A stretch of 7,980 nt of DNA from NCBI RefSeq assembly GCF_000143415.4, contig NW_003314288.1, positions 467,448 to 475,427 of the forward strand. Direction: 5' to 3'. How positions within the stretch are numbered: position 1 is the first letter of the stretch; each line of letters begins with the position of its first letter. Position numbers and translations under genes: made by a program. Under the pieces are notes generated by a model. That model was not told the origin of the DNA. It searched no databases and saw only the letters and a list, made by a program, of their open reading frames with translations. The DNA comes from Selaginella moellendorffii (lineage: Eukaryota > Plantae > Lycopodiophyta). This document shows positions 1-7,609 of the stretch, piece after piece.

Positions 1-203
1 GGACAGAGTTTTAGTCACAATTTCTTAATTATCTTCAACTTCAGCTTGTTGTTGTTGAAGGGTTTGCTGAATTGTGTTGACTAGCTCCTTGCTTTGTTGT
101 CATTCATGCTTTGAGATTTCTTGCACTTTGTCTTAGAGTTCTTGTTCTTTGACTTTTCCTCAAGATCATCTTCAGGAGTGTAGTGTTTTTTCTGACTTTT
201 CTA
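1..203 (-). pseudogene. Decayed Q/E/K-rich coiled-coil-like coding relic, probably TE-derived
   Basis: HYTPEDDLEEK / EQEL*DKVQEISKHE*QQSKELVNTIQQTLQQQQAEVEDN*EIVTKTL. The stops fit CAA to TAA and CGA to TGA changes. Confidence 0.35.
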
Positions 204-827
204 TTATACATTTAGAACCCCCCACAGCAGCCCCCCCCCCGAATCCCCCTTAAGGAACACACGCTTTGGGCTTTCACCCCAAGCCTCCCTTAGTACCAGG
301 AGTTAATCTCTGGGACAAGCTCGAAACTTATTAAATATGAAATGCCTCTAAATAGCAAATTTGGATATGGGACGAATACCATTGTGTTCAAGACAATCTC
401 TACATTCCGTAAATATGCTAAATGAGTAAATCTGGATACTTTCCATAAATAGCATTTGGGATTGAAATGAGACTAACACAAAGGGCATGATAGCGAGGGT
501 GTTTTGCAGACACAATTAGCTATCATCTAACAATATTGAGGGACCAAGCTCAATATCACAGGGGTTCCTAACACTAGCAAGTGCAAGTCAACAAATGAGT
601 TTCTTTAACCAAGTCAAGTATGCTTGATTAATAACATTTAGGAATTCTGTCTTTATGCTCATTTTGTCAAGTGCACACGTGAAGACCAATTTCTCAACTA
701 GCTTAGGCAGAGATTGATAAAGGATCTAACAATACTGACCTCTTGTCGTTATAGCAGTAAGGAAAGAATATCTGAAAGGACTAATTAATAGGTAACTTTC
801 AATACCCGAAGTCATATTCGCGATAGA
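204..827 (-). pseudogene. Decayed reading frame resembling the C-terminal half of a D5/P4-family primase-helicase
   Basis: One frame of about 205 codons with 5 internal stops: NMTSGIESYLLISPFRYSF...IKTEFLNVINQA...IFTECRDCLEHNGIRPISKF...KRVFLKGDSGGGLLWGVLNV*. Motif order resembles RRxxIIPF, ELPGIxNW, winged-helix YxxxCxxNGxRPxS and the terminal GxxxxGxxL. Recognised by eye only. Confidence 0.4.
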
Positions 828-973
828 AGTTCTTTGTTGTCTTTTTGCTAATTGACTTATATAATTTAGTTGAATTGCTGGAAATGTCTTTCTGCATCTT
901 CAATTTTGCTACTAGTGAAGATTGGATATGTAATCATGATGTCATAGGGTGTTGTTGGGTTGATGAATGCCAT
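825..973 (-). pseudogene. gag: Retrotransposon gag N-terminal relic
   Basis: MAFINPTTPYDIMITYPIFTSSKIEDAERHFQQFN*II*VN*QKDNKELL resembles the P-x-F-x-G-x3-ED-x3-H/F-x3-F start of Gypsy capsid domains. The stops are explained by CAA/CAG to TAA/TAG changes. Confidence 0.55.
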
Positions 974-1058
974 CTTTCTATTGTTACTAATGGTTTAGTT
1001 TTTGAGAACCTGGATAAGATTGAAACTTGTCAGTGTTGTAATCTTCGTATTGGGAGTT

Positions 1059-1937
1059 NNNNNNNNNNNNNNNNNNNNNNNNNNNNNNNNNNNNNNNNNN
1101 NNNNNNNNNNNNNNNNNNNNNNNNNNNNNNNNNNNNNNNNNNNNNNNNNNNNNNNNNNNNNNNNNNNNNNNNNNNNNNNNNNNNNNNNNNNNNNNNNNNN
1201 NNNNNNNNNNNNNNNNNNNNNNNNNNNNNNNNNNNNNNNNNNNNNNNNNNNNNNNNNNNNNNNNNNNNNNNNNNNNNNNNNNNNNNNNNNNNNNNNNNNN
1301 NNNNNNNNNNNNNNNNNNNNNNNNNNNNNNNNNNNNNNNNNNNNNNNNNNNNNNNNNNNNNNNNNNNNNNNNNNNNNNNNNNNNNNNNNNNNNNNNNNNN
1401 NNNNNNNNNNNNNNNNNNNNNNNNNNNNNNNNNNNNNNNNNNNNNNNNNNNNNNNNNNNNNNNNNNNNNNNNNNNNNNNNNNNNNNNNNNNNNNNNNNNN
1501 NNNNNNNNNNNNNNNNNNNNNNNNNNNNNNNNNNNNNNNNNNNNNNNNNNNNNNNNNNNNNNNNNNNNNNNNNNNNNNNNNNNNNNNNNNNNNNNNNNNN
1601 NNNNNNNNNNNNNNNNNNNNNNNNNNNNNNNNNNNNNNNNNNNNNNNNNNNNNNNNNNNNNNNNNNNNNNNNNNNNNNNNNNNNNNNNNNNNNNNNNNNN
1701 NNNNNNNNNNNNNNNNNNNNNNNNNNNNNNNNNNNNNNNNNNNNNNNNNNNNNNNNNNNNNNNNNNNNNNNNNNNNNNNNNNNNNNNNNNNNNNNNNNNN
1801 NNNNNNNNNNNNNNNNNNNNNNNNNNNNNNNNNNNNNNNNNNNNNNNNNNNNNNNNNNNNNNNNNNNNNNNNNNNNNNNNNNNNNNNNNNNNNNNNNNNN
1901 NNNNNNNNNNNNNNNNNNNNNNNNNNNNNNNNNNNNN
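1059..1937. other. Assembly gap (N run)
   Basis: Continuous N. Confidence 1.
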
Positions 1938-2067
1938 TTGATGGTGATGTATAAAAAATCGTAGCTGAGTAGTAGTTGTATTCTAAATATTATTGTCCTC
2001 AAGGTTATTGTTGATATAAGTTTCTAGATTCTTGATTCTTATATTTTTATTTTTGATCGCTGTCCAT
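1938..2067 (-). pseudogene. Probable decayed start of the gag ORF of the left element
   Basis: An ATG at 2067, about 40 nt after the PBS-like site, opens MDSDQK*KYKNQESRNLYQQ*P*GQ*YLEY.... It has the same A-rich minus-strand composition as 825-1058 across the gap. Confidence 0.3.
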
Positions 2068-2107
2068 GCTTCGATTAATTGTTATTTTTATTCCCCATCA
2101 TCCCCAA

Positions 2108-2132
2108 GGGACCTCAACTTGTTAAATCCTTA
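2108..2132 (-). other. Candidate 5' LTR end plus primer binding site (tRNA-Gln-like)
   Basis: The minus strand reads ...GGATTTAACA|AG|TTGAGGTCCC. This is a CA terminus, a 2-nt spacer and a 9/10 match to TGGAGGTCCC, the complement of a eukaryotic tRNA-Gln 3' end (GGGACCUCCA, recalled rather than searched). Confidence 0.4.
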
Positions 2133-2651
2133 GTATTTGGTTTCTATTTGCTTAGTTGCTTCTTAATAGCTCATCTGATAAATGTATATTTCCATTTTCA
2201 ATAATGTGAAGAAGAAATGCAAGTGCTTATTAGTATGGTAGATGGTATACTATTACCAAAAAGAGTTTGAGATAGTTTCCATTGAACTAGACTACATATT
2301 TCCAACTTACTTGAAATATCAACAAAAAAAGAGATTGATATAATCCCACCCTAAAATTATGTTGTGTAGAGCATCTTGAGGGTCTACAACAATAACTAGT
2401 CCCTTAGCCATAATTGCATGTATAGCATCCACTATCTTCACAAGAGCTTTATACCATATACTACAAGCATTTATATCTATAGAAGAACAACTAGAATTAG
2501 GGATATTTTACTTGCCTTCAGATATATTTTTACTCTCTATCTTCTGTGGAATAACATCAGCATCATTATTCCTCTATGCTCCAATTGTATTTCCCTAAGA
2601 GAGTTTGGTAGAAAATATCTCTATTGGAGATATCAGTTGATTCTGCTTCTA

Positions 2652-3242
2652 TATAGAAAATCCACTAACATCCAACTCACCTGTAAGAGGGGGGGTAATT
2701 CGAGTTAAACACCTTAATAATGCAAAGTAAAACACATCTAACTCTTAAAGAAGCACAATGACAAATACAAGTAGCATCTAAAGATTCTATTCTTCCCTTT
2801 GCAATTGATTCTCCATTATCCCAAACAATCTCTATTACATCTCCTTTTAACAACTTGAGAAAAACAAAGAAAATTACAAATATCAAAACACAAATAGAAG
2901 GAAAAAAGTACAAAAAAAAGACAAGCAAATAGGAAATTAAAAAACAAAGACCCTTTTGTGAATATGAGAAAACAAAACATGAAAATATGTAGTGAAAATA
3001 ATTAAAAATGCATAAAATAAGCACACATAAAGTCAAAGAATTTCTAGCATGCACTTGCACACTAAAGACCCAATTTAATGTATTGATGAAAGAATATGAA
3101 CTCACAATAAACCAAAGTCAAATTAAGAGAGAAACAGATTGGTAAGTGCAAGTTTGTAAAATAACCAAAGAAATGGGGGTTATTTAACTTTGAACAAGCA
3201 TGGTCTCAAACTCATTCTTCAAAAATGTAAGGATTTCTAACA
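2652..3242 (-). repeat. Candidate LTR (~590 bp) of a further, possibly Copia-type, element
   Basis: On the minus strand a purine tract (GA)7-GTGT precedes TGTTAGAAATCC. A TATA-like TTAAATAACCCCC is at about 3175-3187 and a C-rich AATTACCCCCCCTCT lies about 35 nt before the end. The end GGATTTTCTATA is an imperfect inverted match to the start. Confidence 0.35.
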
Positions 3243-3246
3243 CACA

Positions 3247-3260
3247 CTCTCTCTCTCTCT
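3247..3260 (+). repeat. (CT)7 microsatellite, possibly a PPT on the minus strand
   Basis: Read directly from the sequence; preceded by (CA)3. Confidence 0.8.
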
Positions 3261-3337
3261 CATGGTCTCTTGTTTTTTTAAGCTAGCGTGTGGGCTCATG
3301 CTTAGCCAAACTCAAATTTGAGTTTCTCCAAATAAGC

Positions 3338-3480
3338 TTGAGATTTCTTGGTGTGCACTTGTACACCTATCGACTAGTTTTGGATGACTCTCTCTTGTAA
3401 ATCTTTGTTATTTTGTTTTGAGATTTCTAGGCATGCACTCTCATGCCTATAGACAAGTATGGGATGACTCTCTTGTAAAT
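3338..3480 (+). repeat. Diverged tandem repeat with an 80-bp period (about 1.8 copies)
   Basis: TTGAGATTTCT..TGCACT..CCTAT.GAC.AGT..GGATGACTCTCT..TGTAAAT begins at both 3338 and 3418. Confidence 0.85.
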
Positions 3481-3924
3481 AGACTACACTATCATATAGT
3501 CTCATGCCAAGCAATACTAAAATATGAATGTATATTCTTTATAATAATGGAAACCATATGTTTTGAGGAAAGAAAAACTTATCATGGCCATAAACAAACC
3601 AAAACAGTGTGGGAGAGATATGTGCTTAGGATGTGCTAGAGAGGAAGGAAAAATGCCTCTTAAGATGTGTTTCATGAACCAGTAGTGGTGAACCCTGGAG
3701 AACCCAAATAATAAAACCTAAGAAAAAACCATAAGGCTAAGAGGGAGAAAATATGAAATGCAAGCTTGACAAAGAATAGGGTAGTGTTATGATACTAATA
3801 GCTTGTATCAGTTTTGTTTGAATTTAGGCAGGATTATTAAATAATGTAGTACAGATATTTAATGTTGTCATATAGTTCAAGAAGAGACTCCATTAAAAAG
3901 TTTTTTCAAAAAATGAGATAACTA

Positions 3925-4099
3925 TGTGAGTGCTTGGAATGTGGAAAGGGAATACAGAAAATGTGCATATCAATTAGCCCAAAAACCATAGCTTATATAC
4001 AAGAGTGAGTGGTCCGGATTGAACCAATCCGATGGCTATCAAAATCCCACTATGCTAATATTAGTATATGGCATCGTAGCCGTACACTTGGCTCTCACA
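3925..4099 (-). repeat. 3' LTR (175 bp) of the Gypsy element
   Basis: On the minus strand it starts TGTGAGAGC after the PPT and ends GCACTCACA, an 8/9 terminal inverted repeat with TG...CA. It contains TATATAA. No second LTR copy is in the window to confirm it. Confidence 0.8.
3993..3999 (-). promoter_or_regulatory. Putative LTR TATA box (TATATAA)
   Basis: Lies about 100 bp into the LTR in the element's orientation. Confidence 0.55.
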
Positions 4100-4103
4100 T
4101 CAT

Positions 4104-4114
4104 CCCCTCCTCTC
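4104..4114 (-). other. Polypurine tract (plus-strand DNA primer site)
   Basis: The minus strand reads GAGAGGAGGGG-ATGA-TGTGAG, directly after the integrase and 4 nt before the LTR TG. Confidence 0.85.
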
Positions 4115-5268
4115 GGAATAATGGAAGGTCATTAGGGTTCTCTTATAGATCGGCCAAGATTTGGAGGAACGTCAGGAGGAGGTATCTATGGATCTGTAGG
4201 TGGTATTAACTCCTCCTGATCCCTTTGTATGAAGCATTTCATCTGTTGCACATGCATAATCTTCAGAGGATCGGCCTGCTAGACCTCATGCCGAACCTCA
4301 TAAACTTGTGGTTTAACTTGCCACAACACCCGATACGGTCCTAACACTGAGCAAGGAGCCCCTTAGATAAACCACGTATCGTAAGATGGGGAAAATGGAT
4401 GAACACCAAATCATCCACTTTGTACTCTGTAGGTGGACGATGATGAGAGTTGTAGCGCCATTGTTGTCCCACTTGTATGCATCCTAAGTGTTTGGTAGAC
4501 TCTGCTTGGATAAGTGGAAGAATGCTCGACAAATATTGATCCCACGACCTAGTATCAGTAGCTAGTGGCAATCGCAAAGGTAAACTCAGCTCTGTTGGTA
4601 ATATTGGATCATGACCATATAGGAGTTTATATGGTGAAGTAGCAACAGAACTCTGCACCCTTGTGACATATGCATACCAAAGAGACGGCAAATAATCATC
4701 CCAATCCGAATGTTGAAAGTTCACATAAGTTCACATACTTCGCGATCATCCCTTTGAATGTCTGAACGAGCCATTCCACTAGACCGTCTGATTGTGGATG
4801 ATAAGCACTCATAAAAGTGTGGCGCATCCCCAACCGAGACGTCAAAACATGAAATGCCTCAGCCATAAATGCGGGACCATTATCCGAAAGAATCCACTCT
4901 ACACAAGAATATTGGAATACCACTCGATTGAGGAGGAAGTATCCAACAACAGTTGCAGAAGTGCTAGCAAGAGCACTAACTTCCACCCAACGAGTCAAGT
5001 GGTCAGAAGCAATAATAACATACTCATTGCTAGCAATCAACCATGGAAAAGGTCCCATAAAATCAAACGCCACTAACTCAAACGGAAGGGAAATTGAAAT
5101 TGACTCCAACTGTCCTTTTGCAGCACGAGGGAGAGTATTATGAGCTTAGCACCAAACGCAACTACACACATACCGGATAATATCACGTCGCATCTCCGAC
5201 AAATAAAAAGACCTGTGCAGCTTCTCGGTTACACGACGATGTCCCATATGCCCACCTAAATCACTCGA
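4115..5268 (-). pseudogene. pol: Integrase: partial HHCC zinc domain, DDE core and GPY/F domain
   Basis: Motifs seen: GGHMG...SCVWC*, AFDFMGPF, SDNGPAF...HPQSDGLVE (D-x35-E, counted), WDDYL, SPYKLLYG, GPYRVL...VYEV...HVQQMK and a proline-rich tail. Frameshifts occur at about 4717-4736 and about 4343. Confidence 0.95.
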
Positions 5269-5274
5269 AATAAG

Positions 5275-6162
5275 TAAGGATGTTCATGACTGCCGTCTGG
5301 GGGGATCTGGGTGCCCTTTTTTTAAATGATCATCATGATCCANNNNNNNNNNNNNNNNNNNNNNNNNNNNNNNNNNNNNNNNNNNNNNNNNNNNNNNNNN
5401 NNNNNNNNNNNNNNNNNNNNNNNNNNNNNNNNNNNNNNNNNNNNNNNNNNNNNNNNNNNNNNNNNNNNNNNNNNNNNNNNNNNNNNNNNNNNNNNNNNNN
5501 NNNNNNNNNNNNNNNNNNNNNNNNNNNNNNNNNNNNNNNNNNNNNNNNNNNNNNNNNNNNNNNNNNNNNNNNNNNNNNNNNNNNNNNNNNNNNNNNNNNN
5601 NNNNNNNNNNNNNNNNNNNNNNNNNNNNNNNNNNNNNNNNNNNNNNNNNNNNNNNNNNNNNNNNNNNNNNNNNNNNNNNNNNNNNNNNNNNNNNNNNNNN
5701 NNNNNNNNNNNNNNNNNNNNNNNNNNNNNNNNNNNNNNNNNNNNNNNNNNNNNNNNNNNNNNNNNNNNNNNNNNNNNNNNNNNNNNNNNNNNNNNNNNNN
5801 NNNNNNNNNNNNNNNNNNNNNNNNNNNNNNNNNNNNNNNNNNNNNNNNNNNNNNNNNNNNNNNNNNNNNNNNNNNNNNNNNNNNNNNNNNNNNNNNNNNN
5901 NNNNNNNNNNNNNNNNNNNNNNNNNNNNNNNNNNNNNNNNNNNNNNNNNNNNNNNNNNNNNNNNNNNNNNNNNNNNNNNNNNNNNNNNNNNNNNNNNNNN
6001 NNNNNNNNNNNNNNNNNNNNNNNNNNNNNNNNNNNNNNNNNNNNNNNNNNNNNNNNNNNNNNNNNNNNNNNNNNNNNNNNNNNNNNNNNNNNNNNNNNNN
6101 NNNNNNNNNNNNNNNNNNNNNNNNNNNNNNNNNNNNNNNNNNNNNNNNNNNNNNNNNNNNNN
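5275..6162. mobile_element. Putative non-autonomous hAT-like DNA transposon, mostly hidden in the gap
   Basis: Integrase similarity stops at about 5270. The foreign sequence begins TAAGGATGTTCATG, similar to TAGGG(A/G)TG-type plant hAT termini. AATAAG occurs immediately before it (5269-5274) and as the first bases after the gap (6165-6170), compatible with an 8-bp TSD GAAATAAG. Confidence 0.5.
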
Positions 6163-6164
6163 NN
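5343..6164. other. Assembly gap (N run)
   Basis: Continuous N. Confidence 1.
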
Positions 6165-6720
6165 AATAAGACCAACCAAATTCTTCTGCTTCAATTATGA
6201 AGTACGGGCAGCATGGTCACCTTCAAATAACATTTGAGAACTATGTAGATATGCATGAAGTTTCTCAAAACCCCAAACTACCACTAAACACTCCTTCTCT
6301 ATCGTGGAGTAGTTCACCTCTGCTGATTGTAACGTACGGCTTATATATACAATGGGATGATGGTAACTAGGCACACTCGGGCTTTCTTGCATCAACACAC
6401 CTCCAAGACTAATATCAAAAGCATTTACATGCAAAATAAAAGGTCGAGTGTAGTCAGGATATACCAAAACCAGAGGAGTCGTCAACAGCTCTTTGGGATC
6501 CACAAATGCCCACTCACAATCTGAAGACCAGATGAAAGATGATGTTGATAACTTCAGCAACACTTGCAACGATGCAGTGCAATCAGAAAGATGATCCATA
6601 AAATGACTGAGATGCTGCACCTTGCTTAGGAAGCACTGCACATCATTCACATACTTTGGAGTAGGGAACTTTAGAAAAGCCACAAGTTTGTTAGGATCAA
6701 CTTGCAAACCCTCATGAGAA
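6165..6720 (-). pseudogene. pol: RT connection and RNase H domain of Gypsy pol
   Basis: Motifs seen: GLQVDPNK, LVYPDYTRPFILHVNAF.ISLGGVLMQ (DAS motif decayed), HPIVYISRTL, NYSTIEKECLVVVWG and GDHAARTS*LKQKNLVGLI, which runs up to the gap. Confidence 0.93.
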
Positions 6721-7420
6721 ATACCCAAGATAAATCGTATCCTTGGACCCAAACACGCACTTCGACCGCTTTAGCTTTAAACTAATGTCCCATAGCCAAT
6801 CCAACACTTTACATACATCACGAATGTGCTCCTCCCACGTCCCCTCCAAATGAATCAAGACATAATCAATGAAGTCAGTAGTCACTTCTGGTATATCACA
6901 AAAAACCTCGTCCATCATCTGTTGGAAATTTGCTGGAGGATTGTTCAAACCAAATAGCATCACTAAGAACTCATACAAACCAAACGGTGTACGAAAAACA
7001 ATCTTAGGAATATCTTCTTCGGCCATCGGTACTTGCCGATACTCAAAAGCAAGATCTTGCTTGGTGAACCAATGACTTCACCCAAGACGATTGAAGAGAT
7101 CAGCAGTGTGAAGAATAGGATACACATCTAGGATCATCACTTCATTTAACGGATGATAATCGATGTAGAAACAAATACTCCTATTAGGCTTTGTCACAAG
7201 ATGAGGTTCACATGCCCAAGGACTCCGCGACTTCCAAATAACACCCTTCTCCAACATCTCCTTGATGTTTGCAAGTAAAATCTTGATCTCCTTGGGTGAC
7301 CGACGACAAATAGAAACCTTGATTGGACGAGCATCCCCAGTTGGAATCGGATGACGTTTGGCAATCTTAGCCCCAGAGGATAGGTCAAATTCAAAAAGAT
7401 CAGAATACTCCTTCATGAGC
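6712..7420 (-). pseudogene. pol: Reverse transcriptase domain of Gypsy pol
   Basis: Motifs seen: EMLEKGVIWKSRSPW, FYIDYHPLN, FTKQDL..EYRQVPM, FRTPFGLYEFLVMLFGLNNPPANFQQMM, FIDY (catalytic box, 6862-6873) and LKLKRSKCVF. There is an in-frame TGA at 7078-7080 and a frameshift near 6720. Confidence 0.95.
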
Positions 7421-7609
7421 TGGTCAACTGCTGCAACACAAAGATTGTTGAAGGGATTGGAAAAGGGAAGAGCAGAACAAAACGGAAATATAGGAGGAAA
7501 TAGTGGGGGAACAAAAGTAATGGAAGCAGAGGTAGAAGTAGAGGGACGAAGAAGTACGAAAGTGAGAGGAATGGATGAAACATAAGGAAGTATGAGACAA
7601 GGGGGAGAA

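Noticed and set aside
255-300. Hammerhead ribozyme or retrozyme suggested by the GAAA hairpin
   Set aside because: No CUGANGA core was found in a suitable position.
845-2002. Three long ORFs of 320-369 aa in the ORF track
   Set aside because: They are artefacts of reading through the N run.
2677-3105. 142-aa hydrophobic minus-strand ORF as a possible env or membrane protein
   Set aside because: The F/L/I richness follows from T-rich low-complexity DNA in a probable LTR. It has no ATG start and no recognisable motif.
2120-3242. Single 1.1-kb LTR bounded by TGTTAAATCCTTA (2120) and TAAGGATTTCTAACA (3228-3242), shared between tandem elements
   Set aside because: The inverted match needs a 2-nt gap, the interval contains a coding-like relic, and there is an alternative end at 2652. 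It cannot be resolved without other copies.
2418-3639. Plus-strand ORFs 2418-2708 and 3418-3639
   Set aside because: No recognisable family. The second overlaps a tandem repeat.
3771-3800. Plus-strand AAAGAATAGGGTAG-TGTTATG as a PPT and LTR start
   Set aside because: The purine tract is weak, and I found no matching LTR end or upstream pol.
4115-4230. Chromodomain at the integrase C-terminus
   Set aside because: The translation gives a short proline-rich tail with no aromatic-cage or YLVKW-like motif.
5280-6237. Four long ORFs of 280-306 aa in the ORF track
   Set aside because: They are artefacts of the N run. Only the KQKNLVGLI portion is genuine RNase H sequence.
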